Assembly: GCA_963810095.1 (NCBI GenBank)
Contig: CAWEMM010000007.1
Span: 480,001 to 544,000 of the forward strand
Direction: 5' to 3'
From: an uncultured Chloroflexia bacterium
Lineage (GTDB): Bacteria > Chloroflexota > Anaerolineae > CG2-30-64-16
Length of the DNA stretch: 64,000 nt
This document shows positions 13,425 through 22,784 of the stretch, piece by piece (position 1 is the stretch's first letter; each line of letters opens with the position of its first letter). The notes under the pieces are model-generated. The model searched no databases. It had not been told where the DNA came from and saw only the letters and a list, made by a program, of their open reading frames with translations. Both the position numbers and the translations under genes were made by a program.

Positions 13425-16400
13425 ATGCCCGCACCTCAGTCCATCGTCGAACTTGTCCGGCTCTTCGATCTCCACCGGGACCAATACCGCAGCGGTGCAT
13501 TCTCGGAGGTCGCCGCGCGCCACCAGTTCATCGACCCGTTCTTTGCCGCGCTCGGCTGGGACGTCAACAACAGCCAGGGGTTCGCCGAGCAATACAAGGA
13601 GGTCGTTCACGAGGACAAGGTCAAGGTGGGCGATGCCACGAAGGCGCCGGACTATTCCTTCCGCATCGGCAAGGAGCGCAAGTTTTTTGTGGAGGCCAAG
13701 AAGCCCGCGGTCGACATCAGCCACGACGTCGAGCCGGCCTACCAACTGCGCCGCTACGCGTGGAGCGCCAAACTGCCTCTCTCCATCCTCACCGATTTCG
13801 AGGAGTTCTCCGTCTACGACTGCCGCAGCAAGCCCGACCAGCGGGACAGGGCTTCCAACGGGCGCATCCTGTACCTGAATTACCGGCAGTACGTCGAAAA
13901 GTGGGACGAGATCGCCGGCGTATTCGGCAAGGCCGCTGTGTGGCAGGGCGCGCTCGACCGGTTTGCGGAGGCGAAAGCGGGCAAGCACGGCACGGCAGAA
14001 GTGGACGACGAGTTCCTCGCCGAGATCGAGCGGTGGCGCGACCTGCTGGCACACAACCTGGTCCTGCGCAACCCCGCCTTAAGGGGCCGGGATATCAACT
14101 ACGCGGTCCAGCAGATCATCGACCGCATCGTCTTCCTGCGCATCTGCGAGGCGCGCGGCTCGAGACGCTCGAGCAGCTGCGCGGCCTGCTGAACGGCGGG
14201 GGCACCTACGCCCGGCTGCAAGAGCTGTTCCGCCGGGCCGACCAGCGCTATAACTCCGGCCTCTTCCATTTTGAGGCCGAGAAGGACCGGCGGAGGCGCC
14301 CGACACCCTCACGCCCGGCCTGGCCCTCGACGACAAGGTGCTCAAGGATATGATCGAGCACCTCTACTACCCGGTCAGCCCCTACGAGTTCTCGGTGCTG
14401 CCCGCCGACATCCTCGGTCATGTCTACGAGCGGTTCCTCGGCAAGGTCATCCGCCTCACGCCGGGCCGGGTGGTCAAGATCGAGGAAAAGCCCGAGGTGC
14501 GCAAGGCCGGCGGCGTTTTCTACACCCCCACCTACATTGTGGACTATATCGTGCGCGAGACGGTCGGGCCGCTGCTGGAGGGGAAGGCGCCGCTGCAAAT
14601 TGGCCCGAAGCATCCTTCGACTCCGCTGCGCTCCGCGCAGGATGCCATTGGAGCGCAGGCGAAGCATCCTGAGCGGAGTGGCGGGGCTGTTTCCGCCACG
14701 CAGTCGAAGGATGCGCCCCAGCCCCTGCGCATCCTGGACCCCGCGTGCGGCAGCGGCTCATTCCTGCTCGGCGCGTACCAGTTCCTGCTCGACTGGCACC
14801 TGCAAGCGTACCTGCAGGACCCCGAGCGCTGGCTGAAGGGAAAGCAGCCGCCGCTGGAGGCAGCCACAGGGGGGAGTTACCGCCTGTCCATTGCCGAGCG
14901 CAAGCGCATTCTGATGAACAACATCTACGGCGTGGACATCGACCCGCAGGCGGTCGAGGTGACCAAGCTGTCGCTGCTGCTGAAGGTGCTGGAAGGCGAG
15001 GCGGCGAAGGACCAGATGTCCATGCAGTTCGAGCGCGTGCTGCCCGACCTGGAGCGGAACATCAAGTGCGGCAACTCGCTGATCGGGTGCGATTTCTACG
15101 AGGGGCGGCTGCAAGGCGTGGACGAGGACGCCGAGCGCCGGGTCAACGCGTTCGACTGGGAGGACGAGTTCAAGGACGCCATGGCGAGTGGGGGATTTGA
15201 CGCGGTGATCGGCAACCCACCGTATGTGCGGCAAGAGGAGCTGAGTGAGTTTAAGGGTCACTTCCAGCAGCACTACGAGACATTCCGGCCCACAGCCGAC
15301 CTTTATGTTCTGTTCATTGAATTAGGGCACCGTCTACTCAGGGACGGTGGGCTGTACGGCATGATTGTTTCTAACAAATGGTTGCGAGCGGCATACGGCG
15401 AGCCTTTGCGTCGGTATCTCACAACTCAAGTGACAATTCGGGAAATTGTCGACTTTGCGGGCCTTCCGGTTTTCGAGGGAGCAACCGTACGCACGATCAT
15501 CATTTTGTCTGCAAAGCATCCCGGTACGGGCACGAATGTCCGCTACCTGGCCCCCCTTACAATGGAGGACTTCGCTTCGGTTCGTTCAGGTTCGCGTTTA
15601 CGCGAGTTCGTGGAACTGAAGTCGATTGCCCTGCCTCCTGCAAGCCTGTTACCGGCGGGCTGGTCGTTGTCTGAGCATGCTGCATCCGAGCTAGTGCAAA
15701 GACTGCTCGCGCAGGGCACGCCTCTCAAGCGCTACCTCCCCGGAGGGAAAACGTACTTTGGAGTGAAGACCGGTCTTAACGAAGCATTCGTGGTCGATTG
15801 CGCAACGAGGGATGCGCTAATTGCCGCAGACCCGAAGAGTGCGGAGATACTTCGCCCACTAGTGGCGGGGAGAGACGTCCAACGGTACCACATCGAGTAC
15901 AAGGACAAGTATCTCATCCTGACCGAAATCGGAGTACCGATTCACCGATATCCTGCGATATTTGCCCACCTGAAGCGGTATCAGAGTCAGCTTGAGAAGC
16001 GCTGGGATAAAGGTAACATTTGGTGGGAGTTGCGTCCTTGCGACTACTACGAACGCTTCTCGCAGCCGAAAATCATCTACCCCGACATTGCCGCCACCTG
16101 CCGGTTCACACTTGATCGTAATGGCTACTTCGGTGTAAACACGACCTACTTCCTTCCCGGCGACGACTTGTACCTCTTGGGCCTTCTTAACTCCAAACTG
16201 GCAGTCAGATACTTCTCACATGTCTGCGCTGGCCTAGAGGGAGGCGGTACCGTCTACTTGCGGTTCTTCGGCCAATACCTCGATAACTTCCCGGTCCGCA
16301 CCATTGACTTCGCCGACCCCGCCGACGTCAGCCGGCACGACCGCATGGTGACGCTCGTGACCCAGATGCTCGACCTCCACACGCGGCTCGCCGCCGAATC

Positions 16401-16524
16401 CGTGCCGCAGGAGAAAACCAGCCTCCAGCGGCGCATCGACCAGACCGACAGGCAGATCGAACGGCTGGTGTATGAGCTGTACGGGCTGACCGAGGCCGAG
16501 ATCAAGGTGGTCGAAGGCAGCTAG
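13425..16524 (+). CDS. Type IIG (Eco57I/TaqI-like) restriction-modification enzyme, endonuclease-N6 adenine methyltransferase-TRD fusion; frameshifts near 14155 and 14290
   Basis: PD-(D/E)xK nuclease APDY...FVEAKK; YNSGLFH; GVFYTP; ILDPACGSGSF (motif I); GVDID; IGNPPY (motif IV); TaqI-C-like KIIYPDI...LLGLLNS; C-terminal IERLVYELYGLT. Confidence 0.9.
14610..14714. repeat. Family A palindromic element inserted in-frame in the RM gene
   Basis: GCATCCTTCGACT...AGTCGAAGGATGC, 105 bp; reads HPSTPLRSAQDA...HPERSGG...QSKDA in frame. Confidence 0.85.
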
Positions 16525-16579
16525 GCGGCCGCGGTGCGCGCGGCCCGGGAGTTTCGTCGGGCGGTTCGTGACCTGAGCA

Positions 16580-16678
16580 AAAATGGGACACGGGTCGAAC
16601 GGACAAGGCTGATTCACTCGATCCGTACACCAAGGATCATGCAAATCAGTTCGATCCGTTCAATCTGCGTCCCATTTT
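16580..16678. repeat. Imperfect palindromic element, family B (GGGACAC/GGACAC...GTCC with short internal periodic repeats)
   Basis: AAAATGGGAC...GTCCCATTTT termini; related copies at 20641, 24867, 30855 and 30958. Confidence 0.75.
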
Positions 16679-16706
16679 CCTCCCGCGTCGTCCGGCAGTG
16701 CCGCCC

Positions 16707-17156
16707 CTAGTGCCTCGTGATCGGCCGCACCATCAGCACCGGCACGCCCGCGCCGCGCACCACCCGGTCGGCCACGCTGCCCAGCAGCCAGCGCGACGGG
16801 CCCGTGCGGCCGTGCGTCGACATCACGACGAGCTCGCCGCCCTTGTCCTGCACGAACCCGATGATCGTGTCGGCGATGGGCCCGGTCGCGACCACGGCGT
16901 CCGCGCTCACCCTCAGCCCCTCGTCCTGCAGCCGGTTCGCCAGCGGCTCGAGGTAGTTGCAGGCCTCTGCCTCCATCTCCTCGCGCAGCCCCGCCGACAA
17001 CTCCGGGTCGGTCACCAGGTAGTCGTAATTGGGATACGTCATCACCCGCATGAGGACGATCTCGCTGCCCAGGCAGTGGGCCAGCGCGCGGGCGTGCTCG
17101 AGCGCCTGCTCGGCCAGCTGCGACCCATCCAACGGCACCACAATCTTGGCGTACAT
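16707..17156 (-). CDS. Universal stress protein (UspA family)
   Basis: KIVVPLDGSQLAE...LVVMSTHGRTG...LGSVADRVVR...VPVLMVR; GGAGG RBS before ATG 17156. Confidence 0.93.
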   Translation of the reverse strand: MYAKIVVPLDGSQLAEQALEHARALAHCLGSEIVLMRVMTYPNYDYLVTDPELSAGLREEMEAEACNYLEPLANRLQDEGLRVSADAVVATGPIADTIIGFVQDKGGELVVMSTHGRTGPSRWLLGSVADRVVRGAGVPVLMVRPITRH

Positions 17157-17193
17157 GATTCCTCCCTGATTCTGCCCGCGCTCAGCGCGCCGC

Positions 17194-18911
17194 CTACTCT
17201 GCCGGCGCCACCGGACGCGCCCGGCGCTGGCTCGTGTTGGGGATGAACAGCGAGCTGAGCGCGCCCAGCAGCACGAAGATGCTGGCCACCTCACCCGCCC
17301 GCCGCGCGCCGTCGACAAAAGACTGCTTGATGATGGTCGAGACTTCCTTGCCCGCCGCCGAGTTCTCGAAGCCCGCCGGCGCGCCCTGCATGGTCGCACC
17401 CTCGCCCGCACCGCCGCTCTGCTCCAGCCCCTTGACGATGGCGGTCTTGACGAACGGCGGCACGGCCTTGCTGGCATTGAGTTGCGTGGTGGCCGAGCTC
17501 GCCAGCGTCGTCGTCAGCACCGCGCCGATGATCGCGATGCCCATGGCCGCGCCCAGCTGCCGGACGGTGTTGTTGGCGCCCGACCCCGCACCCAGCTTGT
17601 CAAAAGGCACCTCGCTCAACACCACGCTGGTCAGCTGCGCAATGGCCAGGCCCACGCCGACGCCGTAAACCATCAGGATGGGGATCAGCGCGCCGACGCG
17701 GCGCGGTGAGGGAGATCACCCGGCTGAGCGCGAAGATGGCAATCGCTTCGATGAGCATGCCCGACGTCACGACCCACTTCGGGCCGAAGCGGGAGGACAG
17801 GATGCCGGCCGTCGGCGCAACGATCAGCGTCGTCAGTGCGAAGGGCAGCAGCACCAGGCCCGTCTGGAACGCCGACAGGCCGAGCACGCTCTGCAGGAAC
17901 AGCGACAGCACAAACACGAGGCCGAATTCGCCCAAGCGCGACGATGGCGACCGTGATCAGCCCGAAGCGGAAGCTGCGGAACCGGGTGAGCGTGAAGTCG
18001 AAGAGCGGCTCGCCGCCCCGCCGCTGCAGCCGCAGCTCCCACCAGACGAAGACGGCCAGCAGGATCGCGCCGATGAGGAACGCGACGGGCGTCGGCGAAA
18101 TGTCTTTGAGCGGCCAGGTCCAGCCGCCGATCTCGAACGGCTGCTTGACCTTCCACCAGCCGTAGCTCGTGCCCTCGATCAGGCCGAAGACGATCGCGCC
18201 GATGCCGAAGCCGACCAGGATGATGCCGGGGACGTCGAAGCTGAGCTTGCCCGTCCGATGCTCGCGCGATTCCTGGATGACGAAGATCGCGCCGAGGATC
18301 GCGGCCAGGCCGATCGGCACGTTGATGTAGAACGCCCAGCGCCAGGTCGCATTGGTGGTCAGCCAGCCGCCGATCAGCGGACCGAGCGCCGCGGCCGCGC
18401 CCGCCACCGCGCCCCAGATGCCGAACGCAATGCCGCGCGCCCGGCCTGTGAAGGTGCCCGACACGATGGAGAGCGTGGAGGGCGAGGTCATGGCCGCGCC
18501 GAAGCCCTGGAGGGCCCGGGCCGCGATGAGCATTTCGATGGTGCGCGAGCCGCCGGCGAGGACCGAGCCGATCACGAACGTGGTGACGCCCGCGATGAAG
18601 ATGCGCTTCCGCCCCACCTGGTCGCCGATGCGGCCCCAGGTGATAATGAAGGCCGCAAAGATCAGCGAGTAGACCGAGTTGACCCACTCGAGCTGCTTGA
18701 ATGAGGCGTTGAACTCCTTCTGAATCGAAGGGATGGCAACGTTGACGATCGTGCCGTCGATGATGACGATGGCCAGGCCCAGGCTGAGCACCAGCAGCGT
18801 CAGCCACTGGCGCCGGGTGATCCGGTTGCCCTCCTCCGGCCCGCCTGGCGCCGGCCGTGGGTTCTCCCCGGCGGGCCGCTGGGCCGCGGTGGGGGTCGAT
18901 GTTTCGGTCAT
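17194..18911 (-). CDS. MFS drug:H+ antiporter (DHA2, EmrB/QacA type); frameshifts near 17935 and 17700
   Basis: DGTIVNVAIPSI, GRIGDQVGRKR, ARALQGFG, GPLIGGWL and WRWAFYINVPIG. ORF pieces 17685-19427, 17600-17935 and 17194-17673 join. Confidence 0.88.
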
Positions 18912-19489
18912 ACTGCGTTCCTCCGTGGTACACCATTCAGGAAAAGTGCGACCAGCCGCCGGGCAATCTCCTCGGGCGGGATCGCGAGCCGCTCCGATTT
19001 GCCGACAAACGTGTTGACCAGGCCCAGGTACGCCCAGGCCAGGAACTCGGCGGCGGGGCGGTCGGCGCCGTCCAACTCGGCCCCCAGCGCGCTCGCGAGG
19101 GGATCGAACACCTCCTCGCGAAACGCCTGCTGCACCGTCTCCCGGTGCCCCTGGTCCTTCACGTGCGCCATATCGCGCATCATCGCGGAAATGTCCGTCG
19201 CAAAGCTCGTCAGCATCGCGGTGGCCAGCGCGGTGAGCCTGCCGGGCAGCGGACCGTCCGAGCCCAGGATCTCCCGGTACCCGCGCAACTGCCGCAGGAT
19301 GACGTGGACAAACAGCGTTTCTTTGTCGTGAAAGTAGTAATACAGGGTGGGCTTCGTGATGCCGCAGCGCCGGCACAGCTCGGCGACGGACGCGCCCCGA
19401 TAGCCGCTCTCCTGGAAGAGCGACCACGCCTCGCGCACGATGCGCTCGGCATTCTCGTTGCTCGGGACGGGACAGACTAGCTCGGCCAT
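18908..19489 (-). CDS. TetR/AcrR family transcriptional regulator
   Basis: AWSLFQESGYRGASVAELCRRCGITKPTLYYYFHDKETLF; overlaps the MFS start (translational coupling). Confidence 0.93.
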   Translation of the reverse strand: MAELVCPVPSNENAERIVREAWSLFQESGYRGASVAELCRRCGITKPTLYYYFHDKETLFVHVILRQLRGYREILGSDGPLPGRLTALATAMLTSFATDISAMMRDMAHVKDQGHRETVQQAFREEVFDPLASALGAELDGADRPAAEFLAWAYLGLVNTFVGKSERLAIPPEEIARRLVALFLNGVPRRNAV

Positions 19490-19504
19490 ACCGGGGCTAC
19501 TTTA

Positions 19505-19552
19505 TATACCAAACGGTATACGCGTCCGTGGGCCAGTATACCAATCGGTATA
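19505..19552. promoter_or_regulatory. Two palindromic operators TATACC-N4-GGTATA, probable TetR autoregulatory sites
   Basis: TATACCAAACGGTATA (19505-19520) and TATACCAATCGGTATA (19537-19552) just upstream of tetR. Confidence 0.75.
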
Positions 19553-19593
19553 GAAGCAGGGAGAGAGGCGTGTGTGGGAGCGTCTGCGCGCAC

Positions 19594-19944
19594 CCTTCGA
19601 CTCCGCTCGCTGCGCTCGCGCCGCTCAGGGTGCTCGGTGATGTGAAGGCATCCTGAGCGGAGGGCTTTGCGAAGCAGGGCCCGCAGTCGAAGGATGGGCT
19701 CGCGCGCCGAAGGGCTCCTTCGACTCCGCTCGCTGCGCTCGCTTCGCTCAGGATGCTCCGTGATGTGAAGGCATCCTGAGCGGAGGGCTTTGCGAAACAG
19801 GGCCCGCAGTCGAAGGATGGGCTCGCGCGCCGAAGGGCTCCTTCGACTCCGCTCGCTGCGCTCGCTTCGCTCAGGATGCTCCGTGATGTGAAGGCATCCT
19901 GAGCGGAGGGCGTGGCGGAGCAAGGCCCGCAGTCGAAGGATGCG
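19594..19944. repeat. Tandem array of three ~123-bp family A palindromic units (BIME-like)
   Basis: CCTTCGACTCCGCTCG starts at 19594, 19717 and 19840; units are near-identical throughout. Confidence 0.9.
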
Positions 19945-19962
19945 CTCGCGCCGCCTTGCACT

Positions 19963-20619
19963 CTACGCGGCCCGGCTCCGCAAGCCGGCCTCGATCCGTG
20001 CCAGCCGCTCCTCGATGCCATTCAGGACTTCCGCCTGCTGGCGGAGGGTCTTCTCGATCTTCCCATACCCGTTCATCAAGCCGGGCAGGAGGAACGCGGC
20101 GCCGGCCATCGCGGGAAACTCCATCGCCACCTGGGCCACTGCAACCCGGTGGGCCAGCGCGACGGACCGTCCGCTGGCGTACGCGCGCAGGAACTCCACA
20201 TCGTAGACCACCGCGGCCCGGTCCTCCACCCCCACCCACATGCCCACGCACGTGATGCCCGAGTGGCTGAGCGATTCGGCGAGCGAATGCAGCGAATCGT
20301 CGCGGCTGCCCGACCAACACGCGCTCAGCAGCACCACGCCGGGCGGCGACTGGCGCATCATGCACGCCAGCCACTCCGCGCTGACCGGTCCATCTGCGGC
20401 CATCAGCCGGCCCGGCCCGCCGTGGCCCGACCACAACACCACGTCCCACGCCTCGCCAAGCCGGCCGCTGACCGCCGCCCGCGTCGCCCGGCCCCCGCCG
20501 CACACCACGAGCTCCACGTCCGCCAGCTCCGACACCTGCACCAGTTCCTCGGTCCACGCCAGCGCCGGCAGCCCACGCGCCTCGGGCGCAATTAGCAGGA
20601 TTCGCATGCGATCGCTCAT
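19963..20619 (-). CDS. CHAT-like (caspase-fold) cysteine protease with C-terminal coiled coil; last gene of the phage-like operon
   Basis: WDVVLWSGHGG (His) and VVLLSACWS (Cys) dyad; CVGM...VEDRAA...F..A...G.SV..A CHAT pattern; ends LNGIEERLARIEAGL. Confidence 0.7.
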   Translation of the reverse strand: MSDRMRILLIAPEARGLPALAWTEELVQVSELADVELVVCGGGRATRAAVSGRLGEAWDVVLWSGHGGPGRLMAADGPVSAEWLACMMRQSPPGVVLLSACWSGSRDDSLHSLAESLSHSGITCVGMWVGVEDRAAVVYDVEFLRAYASGRSVALAHRVAVAQVAMEFPAMAGAAFLLPGLMNGYGKIEKTLRQQAEVLNGIEERLARIEAGLRSRAA

Positions 20620-20640
20620 TTCTCGTCCGATCTAGCCCGG

Positions 20641-20733
20641 AAATGGGACACTGATGCAACTGATTGAGCTGATCTGCACTGTCCTCTGGGTAGGAAGCGT
20701 GATCATCAGTCCGATCCGTTCAATCAGTGTCCT
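20641..20733. repeat. Family B palindromic element
   Basis: GGACACTGATGCAACTGATTGAGCTGAT...ATCAGTCCGATCCGTTCAATCAGTGTCC. Confidence 0.8.
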
Positions 20734-20742
20734 AGTCTCCCT

Positions 20743-21396
20743 TTACCCTCTCAACACATAGCGGGCGTCCGCCGTGCGCCGGTTCAGCGCGTGCGTGTCT
20801 GCCGTTGCATCCGCTACGTCCACGGCCCCTCGGGTCCACAGGTTCCCGTTCCCGTCGATCGTCAGCACGTTCCGCCCCGTCCCTACCTGCACCAGCACCC
20901 GCGAGCCATCCACCCCCGCACTCCGCTCTGTCACCAGCCGCAGGCGCACCGCCGCGCCCAGGTCGCCGTCGACGAACAAGTCCAGCTGGGCCGGGTCGCC
21001 CGCCAGGTCGGCCCGCGGCGCCCCGATCTCGAGCTGGTGGCCCCAGGCGTCGGTGGCGGCGAGGTAGGCAATATCCTCGCCGTCGGCCCCGATCCAGCGC
21101 AGGCGGTCGTCGGCCGAGTCGCCGCCCAGCGTCGACAGCCGGCCCCGCACGAGCAGCTCGGTCCCCGTCCACTTAAGCCAGAACGCCGGGCCGCCCACGG
21201 AGAACCGGGCGACCTTGCCGGCCGTGACCCCCAGCCAGAACCCCGCGTGCCCGTCGTCGTCCGGCCCATCTTTCCCGTAGCGGATCACCCCGCCGGGCAT
21301 CACGCTCAGCACCGTGCGGATCACCTGCGAGAAGCGGGGCGCCGGCTCCGCGCCGCCCACGTCCCACCCGCCCTTGCCAATTCTCCCCCAAGCCAT
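20743..21396 (-). CDS. Hypothetical protein, possible short fibre/appendage protein
   Basis: Co-oriented with the head genes; beta-rich; C-terminal DATADTHALNRRTADARYV resembles phage fibre repeats. Confidence 0.5.
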   Translation of the reverse strand: MAWGRIGKGGWDVGGAEPAPRFSQVIRTVLSVMPGGVIRYGKDGPDDDGHAGFWLGVTAGKVARFSVGGPAFWLKWTGTELLVRGRLSTLGGDSADDRLRWIGADGEDIAYLAATDAWGHQLEIGAPRADLAGDPAQLDLFVDGDLGAAVRLRLVTERSAGVDGSRVLVQVGTGRNVLTIDGNGNLWTRGAVDVADATADTHALNRRTADARYVLRG

Positions 21397-21409
21397 AGCA
21401 GACCTTTCC

Positions 21410-21486
21410 GCCACGAATTTAGCGAATGCGTCACGCCAGCCGTGCGAGGTTTTCGTCCAATTCGCCTAATTCGTGTAATTCGTGGC
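21410..21486. repeat. Palindromic element GCCACGAAT...ATTCGTGGC (family B-related)
   Basis: Inverted termini with internal CGAAT/ATTCG periodicity; sister copy at 22193. Confidence 0.75.
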
Positions 21487-21495
21487 AAACCTCGT

Positions 21496-22176
21496 CTACA
21501 GCCCGTACGGGCCCCAGTTGGGCTCGGCCGCGCCCAGCGCCGTGGCTCCCAGCCAGGCCAGCCGGTCCATGACCTCTTTGTACCGGTTCCACGCGCGCCG
21601 GCTCTCCTCGCCGAGCTGCGCCAGCACGATCGTGCTGCCGTCGGTCACCAGCGCCTCGTCCGTCTCCAGCTCGTAGTGCGCCGCGAACTCGACATACGCG
21701 CTGAGCGCCTCCAGGTGCTGCGGGGGCACGGTGATCACGGCGTCGTCCGCGCCGGCCGCCGGTTCGGGGTGCGGGCCCCAGTACTCCACGAGAGCGGTCT
21801 CGCCGTCATGGACCGCCGCCGCAAAGACGATGGTCGCATTCGCTGCGCTCTCCGACTCAGCCGCGCCGCGCAGTGCGTAGCAAGCGTCGCCGGCAACAAA
21901 CCGGTCTGACCACTCCGCCGTGCACGCCAGGAACCGGGGCGGGAGGAGGCCCACCGGGTGCTCCACCGCGATGATGCGGCCCGCGCCGAGCCCGCCTGGC
22001 AGCGCGTAAGCCTGCGTGCCGGCCGACAGCGCCAGCTCTGCCCGCAGCCGGCGGGGGAAGTGCGCCGAGTAGAGCCGCACTGCCCCCTGCACCCACCGGT
22101 CGAGCGTTGCGTCGGGCCACGCCGTCGCGTCGGAGAGCGTCAACCTGAGCAGCGCCCTCAATTCTCCAAGCGTCAT
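21496..22176 (-). CDS. Putative phage head-completion/adaptor protein
   Basis: MTLGELRALLRLTLSDATAWPDATLDRWV...AGTQAYALP resembles head-tail adaptor N-termini; lies after the capsid; AGGAGG RBS. Confidence 0.6.
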   Translation of the reverse strand: MTLGELRALLRLTLSDATAWPDATLDRWVQGAVRLYSAHFPRRLRAELALSAGTQAYALPGGLGAGRIIAVEHPVGLLPPRFLACTAEWSDRFVAGDACYALRGAAESESAANATIVFAAAVHDGETALVEYWGPHPEPAAGADDAVITVPPQHLEALSAYVEFAAHYELETDEALVTDGSTIVLAQLGEESRRAWNRYKEVMDRLAWLGATALGAAEPNWGPYGL

Positions 22177-22192
22177 AGCCACCTCCTAGGCC

Positions 22193-22279
22193 GCCACGAA
22201 TTGCACGAATTTGACGAATGTGCACGAAGCTAGAAGTCGGTAGTTCGTAGAATTCGTGTTCATTCGTGCAATTCGTGGC
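22193..22279. repeat. Palindromic element GCCACGAAT...ATTCGTGGC
   Basis: GCCACGAATTGCACGAATTTGACGAAT...ATTCGTGTTCATTCGTGCAATTCGTGGC. Confidence 0.8.
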
Positions 22280-22288
22280 ACAATCGTC

Positions 22289-22648
22289 TTACCCTTCCAG
22301 GAAGGTCATCACGACCGAGCAGTTCTGTGCGGCCGTGCCGCTCGTGCCGTCAAAGTCCACCGTGACAAGCAGGACCGTGCCGGCCGGGATGTGCGGGTAC
22401 TCGCCATCCACGAAGTCCGCCCGCCCATACTCGGCCGCGGTCTGGTCGCCCACGTCCTTCAGCGCCAGGTAGTCGTCGTCGCCGTTCGTCCCCGTGTTGC
22501 CGATCTTCACCTGCGCGTTCGTGTCGACCGACGAGGCCAGCGACACGTGCGTCAGCGTCAGCGCGCACGGCGTCTTCCACCGGAACGTGCCGTTCGCCGC
22601 CATCGTCCCGTGAAAGTGCACCGGGACCACCACCCTCATCCCATCCAT
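22289..22648 (-). CDS. Small beta-rich protein after the capsid gene, possible head decoration protein
   Basis: AGGAGG RBS; 119 aa; position immediately after the major capsid gene. Confidence 0.55.
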   Translation of the reverse strand: MDGMRVVVPVHFHGTMAANGTFRWKTPCALTLTHVSLASSVDTNAQVKIGNTGTNGDDDYLALKDVGDQTAAEYGRADFVDGEYPHIPAGTVLLVTVDFDGTSGTAAQNCSVVMTFLEG

Positions 22649-22687
22649 GCTTCCTCCTGATATTTGCGTTTGGCACAGGCACGATGC

Positions 22688-22775
22688 TCACAAGAAGAAC
22701 CGAAGGACCAAAGGTTCACAAAGGTTAACTAGGAGCAGCCTTCGTGGCGCTTGGGTTCTTTGGTTCTTCCTGTGA
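22688..22775. repeat. Imperfect palindromic element (CACAAG/AAAGG type)
   Basis: TCACAAGAAGAACC...GGTTCTTCCTGTGA; related to the element at 27459. Confidence 0.6.
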
Positions 22776-22784
22776 CGCCACCTC

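Noticed and set aside
19594-19944. CRISPR array
   Set aside because: Whole 123-bp units repeat with no unique spacers, no cas genes are present, and the unit is a dispersed REP-like family.
19477-20021. ORFs with repeated HPERSERSERS / SFDCG peptides
   Set aside because: Translations of the palindromic repeat array, not genes.
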